UHGV virus genome: UHGV-2199876
DNA length: 29,731 nucleotides
Strand: one strand, 5' to 3'
DNA from: a virus
The position numbers and the translations under genes are program-made. Below the pieces are notes generated by a model. It saw only the letters and a list, made by a program, of their open reading frames with translations, was not told where the DNA came from and searched no databases. Positions 1 to 7,902 of the stretch are shown in pieces (positions within the stretch are counted from its first letter, which is position 1; every line of letters begins with the position of its first letter).

Positions 1-261
1 CATGAGAGAGAGCATACTGATATTTACTCCTCATGCCGTCTGATAGTGCGGAAAAACGGTGCTGAAATTTATAACCGTACCGCGCTGGATAATACGCTGA
101 TTTACAGTGGCGTTATTGATATGTCTGCCGGTCACGGTCACATGACGCTGGAGTTTTCGGTGTCAGCATGGCTGGTAAATGGCTGGTATCCCACAGCAAG
201 TATCAGCGATTTGCTGGTTGTTGTGATGAAGAAAGCCACTGCAGGCATCACGATTAGCTGA
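1..261 (+). CDS. J: Tail tip / host-specificity protein, C-terminal end (5' partial; start lies outside the window)
   Basis: Frame 1 is open from base 1 to the stop at 259-261. It sits directly upstream of lom and the side tail fibre, as J does in lambda. Assignment rests on synteny, not on recognised sequence. Confidence 0.55.
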   Translation, partial: HEREHTDIYSSCRLIVRKNGAEIYNRTALDNTLIYSGVIDMSAGHGHMTLEFSVSAWLVNGWYPTASISDLLVVVMKKATAGITIS

Positions 262-280
262 ATTTTATAACCCAGATACG

Positions 281-306
281 GGCGCCAGAAATGGCGCCTT
301 TTTTAT
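281..306 (+). terminator. Rho-independent terminator candidate
   Basis: GGCGCC-agaaat-GGCGCC hairpin followed by a run of T's, immediately after the J-like stop. Confidence 0.55.
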
Positions 307-328
307 TGCAGAAAAGCGAGAGGTAATT

Positions 329-928
329 ATGCGTAAATTATGTGCTGTTATTCTGTCCACAGTAGTCTGGCTGGTCGTCGCTGGTACGCCAGCGAGCGCA
401 GCAGAGCATCAGTCCACACTAAGCGCCGGGTATCTTCAGACCCATAATGATATGCCCGGCAACGATGACCTGAAGGGCATTAACGTGAAATACCGTTATG
501 AATTTACGGACACGCTGGGGCTGGTGACGTCATTCAGTTATGCCAATGCCAAAGATGAGCAAAAAACGCATTACAGCGATACCCGCTGGCATGAAGATTC
601 AGTGCGTAACCGCTGGTTCAGCATGATGGCGGGGCCATCTGTACGCGTGAATGAACGGTTCAGTGCTTATGCGATGGCAGGTGTGGCTTACAGCCGTGTT
701 TCGACGTTCTCCGGGGATTATCTCCGCGTAACTGACAACAAGGGGAAAACGCACGATGTGCTGACCGGAAGTGATGACGATCGCCACAGCAACACGTCTC
801 TGGCGTGGGGAGCTGGCGTGCAGTTTAACCCGACCGAATCCGTGGCCATTGATATTGCTTATGAAGGCTCCGGCAGTGGCGACTGGCGCACTGACGGTTT
901 CATCGTGGGTGTCGGTTATAAATTCTGA
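329..928 (+). CDS. lom: Ail/Lom family outer-membrane beta-barrel protein
   Basis: 199-aa ORF with an N-terminal signal peptide and a C-terminal YKF ending. Closely resembles lambda Lom as I remember it (EHQSTLSAGYL, NVKYRYEFTDTLGLVTSFSY, FIVGVGYKF). SD GAGAGG upstream. Same position as lom in lambda. Confidence 0.9.
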   Translation: MRKLCAVILSTVVWLVVAGTPASAAEHQSTLSAGYLQTHNDMPGNDDLKGINVKYRYEFTDTLGLVTSFSYANAKDEQKTHYSDTRWHEDSVRNRWFSMMAGPSVRVNERFSAYAMAGVAYSRVSTFSGDYLRVTDNKGKTHDVLTGSDDDRHSNTSLAWGAGVQFNPTESVAIDIAYEGSGSGDWRTDGFIVGVGYKF

Positions 929-954
929 TTAGCCAGGTAACACAGAGTTATGAC

Positions 955-982
955 AGCCCGCCGGTTCAGGCGGGCTTTTTTG
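955..982 (+). terminator. Rho-independent terminator candidate
   Basis: AGCCCGCC-ggttca-GGCGGGCT hairpin followed by TTTTTTG, after the lom stop. Confidence 0.6.
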
Positions 983-992
983 TGGAGTGGAT

Positions 993-3392
993 ATGGCAGC
1001 AGTAAAAATCTCAGGTGTGCTGAAAGATGGTGCGGGAAAACCAATACAGAACTGCACTATTCAACTGAAGGCAAAGCGTAACAGCACCACGGTACTGGTG
1101 AACACGGTGGCTTCTGAAAATCCGGATGAAGCCGGACGTTACAGCATGGATGTTGAGTATGGCCAGTACAGCGTCACCCTGCTGGTTGAAGGTTTTCCGC
1201 CTTCACATGCCGGGACCATTACCGTCTATGAAGGTTCCAGACCAGGTACGCTGAATGATTTTCTCGGTGCCATGACGGAAGATGATGTCATGCCGGAGGC
1301 ATTGCGCCGTTTTGAGGCAATGGTGGAAGAAGCGGCACGCAACGCCGAAGCCGCCTCTCAGAGCGCAGCGGCGGCAAAGAAATCCGAAACTGCAGCGGCT
1401 TCATCGAAGAACGCGGCGAAAACCTCAGAAACGAATGCAGCTAACAGCGCACAGGCGGCAGCGACCTCGCAGACTGCATCGGCAAACTCCGCGACAGCAG
1501 CCAAAAAATCAGAAACCAACGCGAAAAACAGCGAGACAGCCGCAAAGACGAGCGAAACCAACGCAAAGTCCAGCCAGACGGCAGCGAAAACCAGCGAAAC
1601 GAATGCCAAAGCCAGTGAAACTGCGGCGAAAAATAGCCAGAATGCAGCAGCCGAAAGCGAGAGTGCGGCAGCTGGTTCTGCGACTTCAGCAGCTGGATCA
1701 GCAACTGCTGCGGCTAACAGCCAGAAAGCAGCGAAGACGAGCGAAACTAACGCAAAGTCCAGCCAGACGGCAGCGAAGACCAGCGAAACGAATGCCAAAG
1801 CCAGCGAAACTGCGGCGAAAAGCAGTCAGGATGCAGCAGCTGAAAGCGAGAGTGCCGCAGCTGGTTCTGCAAGTGCGGCGGCTGCTTCTGCCACTGCATC
1901 AGCAAACAGTCAAAAAGCTGCAAAAACCAGTGAAACCAACGCAAAGGCGAGCGAGACTGCGGCTGCGAACTCGGCGCAAGCATCGGCAGCAAGCCAGACA
2001 GCAGCTAAAGCAAGTGAGGATGCAGCCAGAGAGTATGCAAGCCAGGCTGCGGAGCCGTATAAACAAGTATTGCAGCCACTTCCTGATGTGTGGATACCAT
2101 TTAACGATTCGCTGGATATGATTACGGGGTTTTCGCCGTCATATAAAAAGATTGTTATTGGTGATGATGAAATAACGATGCCTGGCGACAAGGTTGTTAA
2201 GTTTAAACGCGCATCGAAAGCAACCTATATTAATAAATCTGGTGTGTTGACAGAGGCTGCCATTGACGAGCCACGGTTTGAACGTGATGGCCTGCTTATT
2301 GAGGGGCAAAGAACAAACTACATGCTCAATTCGGAAAGCCCTGCCAGTTGGGGGCGATCGTCAAATATGGATGTTCCCGAAACAGGGACGGATAATTTTG
2401 GTTTTACCTATGGAAAGTTTGTCTGCAACGATTCTCTGATTGGGAAAACCTCAGCCATTAATATGGCATCAATTGCTGCAACAAAGTCAGTTGATGTCTC
2501 AGGCGATAATAAATACGTGACAACCTCATGTCGTTTTAAAACAGAACTGCAGGTAAGGTTGCGTATCCGGTTTGATAAATATGACGGTAGCGCAACAACT
2601 TTTCTTGGTGATGCGTATATTGATACACAAACGCTTGAAATTAATATGACAGGTGGTGCTTCCGGTAGAATTACGGCACGAGTCAGGAAGGATGAAACTA
2701 CAGGATGGATTTTTGCTGAGGCAACAATTCAGGCAATTGATGGTGAGTTAAAAATAGGCTCTCAGATACAGTATTCACCTAAGCAGGGAGGGGCAACCGT
2801 ATCAGGTGACTATATTTATCTGGCTACCCCACAAGTAGAGAATGGGGCTTGTGTATCATCTTTTATTATATCAGGAACGACGGCGGCGACTCGTGCGAGT
2901 GATATGGTTACGATCCCGACCGAAAACAACATTTATAACAGACCGCTTACTTGTTTGGTCGAGGTTAACAGGAATTGGGGCGATATTCCTCCTAATGTAG
3001 CACCGCGTATTTTTGATTTTTCTGGTGTGCCGCCTATTGAGTCAATCACATACGCTTTTAACACAACCGAGAAATATTACGGTCAGCTTTATATGCAAAC
3101 TTATAAAGCGTCGACAAGTACTTACGTTTCTAGTGTGTTTGCTGGTCGAACTGATGTTCGAAAATTCATTGGTGGTTTTAATATTTATTCTGATGGTACT
3201 AAACGAGTAGTTTCTAACGGTGAGGCTACTAAAACCATGAAAACGGAGTGGACGGGCGTAAAAACACGGACCTTTATTCGAATTGGAGGTCAAGCCACAT
3301 CGGGAACTCGTCATCTATTCGGCCATTTGAGAAATCTTCGTCTCTGGCATAAAGAATTAACTGATGCGCAAATGGGGGAGAGTATTAAATGA
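993..3392 (+). CDS. stf: Side tail fibre protein (lambda Stf-like N-terminus, alanine-rich repeat shaft, divergent C-terminal domain)
   Basis: The N-terminus (AVKISGVLKDG..KP.QNCTIQLKA..NSTTV, SMDVEYGQYSV) matches lambda Stf as I remember it. The middle is K-(T/S)-SETNAK-type alanine-rich phage tail-fibre repeats. The ORF track starts at GTG 987; the ATG at 993 has better SD spacing (GGAG at 984-987). Confidence 0.85.
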   Translation: MAAVKISGVLKDGAGKPIQNCTIQLKAKRNSTTVLVNTVASENPDEAGRYSMDVEYGQYSVTLLVEGFPPSHAGTITVYEGSRPGTLNDFLGAMTEDDVMPEALRRFEAMVEEAARNAEAASQSAAAAKKSETAAASSKNAAKTSETNAANSAQAAATSQTASANSATAAKKSETNAKNSETAAKTSETNAKSSQTAAKTSETNAKASETAAKNSQNAAAESESAAAGSATSAAGSATAAANSQKAAKTSETNAKSSQTAAKTSETNAKASETAAKSSQDAAAESESAAAGSASAAAASATASANSQKAAKTSETNAKASETAAANSAQASAASQTAAKASEDAAREYASQAAEPYKQVLQPLPDVWIPFNDSLDMITGFSPSYKKIVIGDDEITMPGDKVVKFKRASKATYINKSGVLTEAAIDEPRFERDGLLIEGQRTNYMLNSESPASWGRSSNMDVPETGTDNFGFTYGKFVCNDSLIGKTSAINMASIAATKSVDVSGDNKYVTTSCRFKTELQVRLRIRFDKYDGSATTFLGDAYIDTQTLEINMTGGASGRITARVRKDETTGWIFAEATIQAIDGELKIGSQIQYSPKQGGATVSGDYIYLATPQVENGACVSSFIISGTTAATRASDMVTIPTENNIYNRPLTCLVEVNRNWGDIPPNVAPRIFDFSGVPPIESITYAFNTTEKYYGQLYMQTYKASTSTYVSSVFAGRTDVRKFIGGFNIYSDGTKRVVSNGEATKTMKTEWTGVKTRTFIRIGGQATSGTRHLFGHLRNLRLWHKELTDAQMGESIK
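1542..1919 (+). repeat. Tandem duplication of a 189-bp (63-codon) unit inside the tail fibre shaft
   Basis: The unit starting gcaaagacgagcgaaaccaacgcaaagtccagccagacggcagcg at 1542 recurs almost identically from 1731, with only scattered substitutions. Confidence 0.8.
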
Positions 3393-3670
3393 AAGATTTA
3401 ACGCTCAAATTTGCAGACAGGGCCGACTTTTCGGCCTTTATGGAGAGTATTGGCTATTATGATGACGAGTCGATGCAGGGTGATATTCTTATTGACGTGA
3501 TAGGTAACGTGTACAAAGAAACCGGAGAACTGACTGAAGATGGCGAACCGGTATGTGTTAAGGAGGACGGATATTTTGTAAACGTGCGCATCATTAATGA
3601 TGCAAAAAAATCGTCAATATTCGATAAATACGCGATTGTTGTTGAGCATCAACTTCGTGGCTGGATGTGA
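3389..3670 (+). CDS. Hypothetical protein, tail-fibre associated (93 aa)
   Basis: Start overlaps the stf stop (ATGA-type coupling) and it lies between two fibre genes. No recognised motif. Confidence 0.4.
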   Translation: MKDLTLKFADRADFSAFMESIGYYDDESMQGDILIDVIGNVYKETGELTEDGEPVCVKEDGYFVNVRIINDAKKSSIFDKYAIVVEHQLRGWM

Positions 3671-3679
3671 GGGAGACAA

Positions 3680-4720
3680 ATGGCTACATCGACAGTAATT
3701 CCTGATGACATCAAAACGCTAAAATCCGACGTTAGCAAATTAAAAAACGATCAAGGAAGCTACGCAACAAAATCATATGTAGACAGCAAAGATGAAACCG
3801 TTGGTGACTGGTCTGCTTCATGGTATCAGCAGGTATTGCCAACTAGCGGAGCTATATTTGGGAGAAAACTCCGCTCAACTCACAGGACGGCAGGTGTTGA
3901 GGATGCGTATTGCGAACTATATCTCAAAAAATGGATAGACAGTCCAGGTAACGCAATGGCGCGCCTTAACCTGAACGATAACGGGAAAAACATTTGCTGG
4001 GACTTTACCAACCTTTATGGCGGTACGATGATTTTTCCCGGTGACAGCGGATACCTCAAAATGGGTAACTGCCTTATGTCATACAGCAAACGTGGAAGTA
4101 ACGCGCTTATTAAATTTGATTACACCGACACATTACAGATCAAATATGCTAATCATGGGTCAACCATGACATTAACCACACAGGGATCCGCTCACGCTGG
4201 CGTAACAACTAGACTATGGGGTAATTCTAGCCGTCCGGTTGTTTATGAAGTTGGCGTAGATGAGGCTCTGTATATGTTCTACGCACAGAAAACTACCAGC
4301 AATACCTACGAATTAACGGTTAACGGCGCGTGCAATGCAAGTGCATTTAATCAAGGCTCTGACCGGGATCTGAAAGACAATATTCAGGTGATCGATAATG
4401 CAACCGACCGCATTCGTAAAATGAACGGCTATACATACACGCTTAAAGAAAACGGTATGCCTTACGCTGGTGTTATTGCACAAGAAACCCTGGAAGCCAT
4501 CCCCGAAGCCGTAGGGTCTATGATGAAATATCCAGACGGCGGGAGTGGATTAGATGGAGAAGAAGGTGAACGGTATTACACAGTAGATTATTCTGGTGTT
4601 ACTGGCTTGCTTGTTCAGGTAGCCAGAGAGTCGGACGACAGAATAACAGCACTGGAAGAAGAAAACGCAGAATTAAGACAAAGATTATCTGCAATTGAGG
4701 CGGCGCTTGCGTCTAAATAA
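3680..4720 (+). CDS. Tail fibre / tailspike protein with C-terminal intramolecular chaperone (peptidase S74-like) domain
   Basis: 346-aa ORF containing GSDRDLKDNIQVIDNATDRIRKMNGYTYTLKENG...GVIAQE, which matches the S-D-x-x-L-K-x-N-I autoproteolytic chaperone motif of T5 L-shaped fibre and endosialidase-type proteins. C-terminal coiled coil. Confidence 0.7.
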   Translation: MATSTVIPDDIKTLKSDVSKLKNDQGSYATKSYVDSKDETVGDWSASWYQQVLPTSGAIFGRKLRSTHRTAGVEDAYCELYLKKWIDSPGNAMARLNLNDNGKNICWDFTNLYGGTMIFPGDSGYLKMGNCLMSYSKRGSNALIKFDYTDTLQIKYANHGSTMTLTTQGSAHAGVTTRLWGNSSRPVVYEVGVDEALYMFYAQKTTSNTYELTVNGACNASAFNQGSDRDLKDNIQVIDNATDRIRKMNGYTYTLKENGMPYAGVIAQETLEAIPEAVGSMMKYPDGGSGLDGEEGERYYTVDYSGVTGLLVQVARESDDRITALEEENAELRQRLSAIEAALASK

Positions 4721-4726
4721 TATTAA

Positions 4727-4749
4727 GGGGCCGAGCGCCCCGTTTTATT
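4727..4749 (+). terminator. Rho-independent terminator candidate
   Basis: GGGGC-cgagc-GCCCC hairpin followed by GTTTTATT after the fibre gene. Confidence 0.5.
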
Positions 4750-4756
4750 GGGTAGG

Positions 4757-5050
4757 ATGAAAATGGATATAACACCTTTCCTTCATGCACTTTGTGCTGT
4801 GGCTGCGCAGCTACTGATTGGTCTTTTTACCGGGAACTGGGCTTACGGGGCGATAGCCGGTTGTACGTTCTTCATTGCGCGTGAACACACCCAGGCAGAA
4901 TATCGCTGGATTGAAATGTTCGGGCATGGCAAGCGTATGAATATGCCGTGGTGGGGCGGTTTTGATCCGCGCGCTTGGGATGTAGCAAGCCTGATGGATT
5001 TTGCTGTGCCGGTGGTGGCGTGTTTACTTGTATTTATATTTTTTGAATAA
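4757..5050 (+). CDS. Small hydrophobic membrane protein of unknown function (possible lysogenic-conversion or exclusion gene)
   Basis: About 97 aa with two hydrophobic segments (FLHALCAVAAQLLIGLF and FAVPVVACLLVFIFF). Follows the tail fibre genes and converges on sopB. Start is ambiguous between TTG 4748, ATG 4757 and ATG 4763. Confidence 0.4.
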   Translation: MKMDITPFLHALCAVAAQLLIGLFTGNWAYGAIAGCTFFIAREHTQAEYRWIEMFGHGKRMNMPWWGGFDPRAWDVASLMDFAVPVVACLLVFIFFE

Positions 5051-5055
5051 AATTA

Positions 5056-5082
5056 AGACCCCATCTATAACTGATGGGGTCT
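5056..5082. terminator. Bidirectional terminator hairpin between convergent genes
   Basis: AGACCCCATC-tataact-GATGGGGTCT 10-bp stem with T-rich flanks, between the membrane-protein ORF (+) and sopB (-). Confidence 0.6.
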
Positions 5083-5098
5083 ATTCTATTTTCTGCTA

Positions 5099-6088
5099 TT
5101 AGTTATTTTTTACATCGGAAGAATTTCCAAACGCCTCCTCAAGAATAGATTCAATTTTACTCATTAGGTGCGATGGTATTTTTCTGTTATCTAATTTTAA
5201 TGTTGTGAAATTTTTCCCATATTTCGCCACAACACCGTCTCCATATTTCTTTTCCCTTTTCTCTCCATGTGAATTGTTTTTCTCAACAATAATGAAATCA
5301 TGAAGAGCCTGTATTATTCTTTGCGCATCTAAACTTTCACCTGATTTTTTCATCCTCAGCAACTGAGATGCAGCATTTTTCATGGCTGCTTCCTGTCCCT
5401 GATATGCTTTAAAAAGAGCGTCTCCTGCTCTGGCTGATAACTCACCAGGATGGTTAAATATTGCCAATATATCTTTAGGTAAACCGGCTGTATTAATACA
5501 TCGGCTGATAATATTTCTATCCACGCCTTCGGCTTCAGCTAAAGATTTTACGTTACCGTCAAATTCATGGAGCCTTCGCAGGTATCTTTTCCCCCTTTCA
5601 TAGGCGCTGATAGGTCTATAGTCGTTGCCTATCTGCGATAACCATTGCATTTGTTCATCATCTAAATCGCCAATAAGAACACGATAATCGCATCCAGTTA
5701 TAATGGCTGCTTTACGTCTTCGAGAACCATCAGCTACTTCAACAATACCTGACACTTTTCTTGCGAAAGCCGGATTTTGTTGCCCAGAAGTTAGAAAAGA
5801 TGGAATTAAATCAGCTAGAGAAGATTCATTTAATAAATCTTGATCACGCTCATTACCTAGCCATACCATTGTTGCCATTTCTACTTTATCTGCGGGGATC
5901 GTCTCTAACTTAAAGTTAACATTACGTCCGCATACTGGCAAAGTTATGCTATTACCGGTTAATGAACTCAGTTGACGTTTTAAATCACCAACCATAGGTG
6001 ATACCGGCTGATGTTCAGGTGCATGATGATTATTACTCATAATGCGATTAATATCCGGAGCATTTTTTAGAAGAGAGCGTTGTTTCAT
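5099..6088 (-). CDS. sopB: Partition protein SopB (ParB family, centromere-binding)
   Basis: 329-aa ORF immediately downstream of, and overlapping, the sopA ORF. Resembles F SopB as I remember it. Contains a ParB-like segment (RKAAIITGCDYRVLIGD). Confidence 0.85.
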   Translation of the reverse strand: MKQRSLLKNAPDINRIMSNNHHAPEHQPVSPMVGDLKRQLSSLTGNSITLPVCGRNVNFKLETIPADKVEMATMVWLGNERDQDLLNESSLADLIPSFLTSGQQNPAFARKVSGIVEVADGSRRRKAAIITGCDYRVLIGDLDDEQMQWLSQIGNDYRPISAYERGKRYLRRLHEFDGNVKSLAEAEGVDRNIISRCINTAGLPKDILAIFNHPGELSARAGDALFKAYQGQEAAMKNAASQLLRMKKSGESLDAQRIIQALHDFIIVEKNNSHGEKREKKYGDGVVAKYGKNFTTLKLDNRKIPSHLMSKIESILEEAFGNSSDVKNN

Positions 6089-7254
6089 TCTTCGTTCTCC
6101 CAGCGAGGTTTTATTAGATCATCAAAAATTTCTCGACAAACAGGGTCCCATATAGAGACGGCATTTCTCCATGCATTAAGTGTTGAACGCTGGTTTGCCG
6201 CTTGTTCAAATACTGTTCGCATTTTTATCTGACCTTTACCTACTTCATCGGTAACGCGTACAACCTGACGTAATACCATTGATCCCCATGTATTTCTTAT
6301 TTGCTCTTCCATCCATCGTGATTGATTTCCTGTAGTGAGACTATATTTAGTCAGAAGCAAGCGAACGGTCGGCTCAAATCCGCCTAGGTCAACGCTTTCT
6401 AGGAGATCGAGAAGCATTGTGAAAAACTGTAGAACAGAGGCGTAATCAAATAATTCTGCAGGGGTAGCAACAACGATAACGTCAGCTGCGCAAACAACGT
6501 TAATGGTTCCTGTACCGAGGTTTGGAGCACTATCTATAACGATAACATCGTAGTTATCCCAAACTGATTCTATAGCTGCGCGTAGCATCAGGTGAGGAGG
6601 GTGAGGCAATTTACCCTGAGCATGATATTGCATGAGATCTGTTTCTATACGGTGTAAAGCTAGGCAGCTAGGAATAATGTCCAGTCCAGGCCAGCATGTT
6701 GGTTTTATAGCATATTCAGCGTTATCGCGTTCGCCCAAGTAAAATGGCAGTAAAGTATCCTCGGCATGTATATGTAAATCAGGTACATAACCGTGATACA
6801 TGGAGGCTGTTCCCTGAGGATCGTTACCTTCAACTAAAAGAACACGATGACCTTGTAATGCTAGCCATTGTGCCTGATGTACTGCAGACGATGTTTTATA
6901 AACGCCGCCTTTGTGTGACATAACAGCAAGCACAACTGGGTTTTTATCTTGTGGCCGTTGGTTTGGGTTGCCAAAAACAGCTCGCATACTATTGATTTGA
7001 TCTATGGTATAACCGGCACGACGTTCAACTCTTCCTCTCATTTCAAAGTCAGGTGCAGGTAAACGCCCGTTCTTCTCAGCATCTCTTATTGCTTGAGGAG
7101 TTACACCAATTAAATCTGCTACTTCAGTTATCCCCCATCTACGCGTGATACGCCGAGCTTCAGGACTATCATCACCGAATTGAGCTATAGCAATTGCTTG
7201 GGTCATTTCTTGACCGCGCGTAACACAATCTTGTAATAACTTTTTCAAAGACAT
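6085..7254 (-). CDS. sopA: Partition ATPase SopA (ParA family, Walker-type)
   Basis: 389-aa ORF with the deviant Walker A KGGVYKTS and long stretches matching F SopA as I remember it (QGTASMYHGYVPDLHIHAEDTLLPFYLGE, IKPTCWPGLDIIPSCLALHRIET). Confidence 0.9.
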   Translation of the reverse strand: MSLKKLLQDCVTRGQEMTQAIAIAQFGDDSPEARRITRRWGITEVADLIGVTPQAIRDAEKNGRLPAPDFEMRGRVERRAGYTIDQINSMRAVFGNPNQRPQDKNPVVLAVMSHKGGVYKTSSAVHQAQWLALQGHRVLLVEGNDPQGTASMYHGYVPDLHIHAEDTLLPFYLGERDNAEYAIKPTCWPGLDIIPSCLALHRIETDLMQYHAQGKLPHPPHLMLRAAIESVWDNYDVIVIDSAPNLGTGTINVVCAADVIVVATPAELFDYASVLQFFTMLLDLLESVDLGGFEPTVRLLLTKYSLTTGNQSRWMEEQIRNTWGSMVLRQVVRVTDEVGKGQIKMRTVFEQAANQRSTLNAWRNAVSIWDPVCREIFDDLIKPRWENEE

Positions 7255-7360
7255 ACTGTCATCTCCAGCTTATAACTTTGCTTAATAATTATTGCTTTGC
7301 ATATTTCTAGCAAATTGACATAGAAAAAGCAAAGTAAAACAAAAAAGGCAAAGACGAAGA
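7255..7360 (-). promoter_or_regulatory. sop promoter/operator region with CTTTGC/GCAAAG repeats
   Basis: At least four CTTTGC or GCAAAG hexamers lie within about 100 bp upstream of sopA (7276, 7298, 7331, 7350). F SopA autoregulation uses CTTTGC repeats. Confidence 0.5.
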
Positions 7361-7539
7361 TTTGAGCAAAATCATCTTTTGTTTTATCCCTTAAATGCAA
7401 AAAAAAACAACGACAAGCTCATAACAAATTGATAATAAAGGATTTTTTAAAAGAAAGGAAATCGTATAAAACTAGTGAAACATGATGAAAATCATCAATG
7501 AGATACGTTTCCTCTATTTATTCTCCTAATCCTCACCAA

Positions 7540-7875
7540 CAAAAGAACACAATCAAAGATCGTAAAACAACAATAATAATTCACACAAAATAAAGAACAC
7601 AAATACAGAAAACAACAACACAATAAAAACAAGAGAACACAAGCTATAAATATTACACCAATAGAGAACACTAATCAAGAACATATCAGCACATAATTCC
7701 CCATTATACGCGCGTATAATGGGGAATTATGTGCTGATTTTCAGAACAAAGTCAAGGAACAAATTTTAATGTTCCGATATTGTGTTTTTATTTATTATCC
7801 GTTATTGTGTTATGTTAATTTGTGACTAAGTTAACGCGTTATTAGTTATCTTATTCTCAAATTGTGTTACGATAA
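7540..7875. other. tos-like region: telomere-resolution palindrome flanked by inverted AACACAA / TTGTGTT repeats
   Basis: Left of the palindrome: AGAACACAA at 7544, 7594, 7634, with 7665 and 7678 as variants. Right of it: ATTGTGTT at 7779, 7804, 7862. The two sets are in inverted orientation around 7685-7738. Confidence 0.7.
7685..7738. other. telRL-like telomere resolution site (54-bp perfect palindrome with a central CGCGCG)
   Basis: atcagcacataattccccattatacgcg | cgcgtataatggggaattatgtgctgat checked base by base: perfect dyad over 54 bp. Closely resembles the N15 telRL/telO palindrome as I remember it (TATCAGCACACAATTGCCCATTATACGCGCGTATAATGG...). Sits just upstream of telN. Confidence 0.85.
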
Positions 7876-7902
7876 TCCGAGCGGATAATCAGGAGAGGAA
7901 AG

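Noticed and set aside
1282-2191. Long overlapping ORFs on both strands inside the tail fibre gene (279-aa Arg-rich plus-strand frame; 146, 87, 81 and 93-aa minus-strand frames).
   Set aside because: They lie wholly within the GC-rich alanine-codon repeat region of stf, have extreme low-complexity composition and no start context. They are frame artefacts of the repeat.
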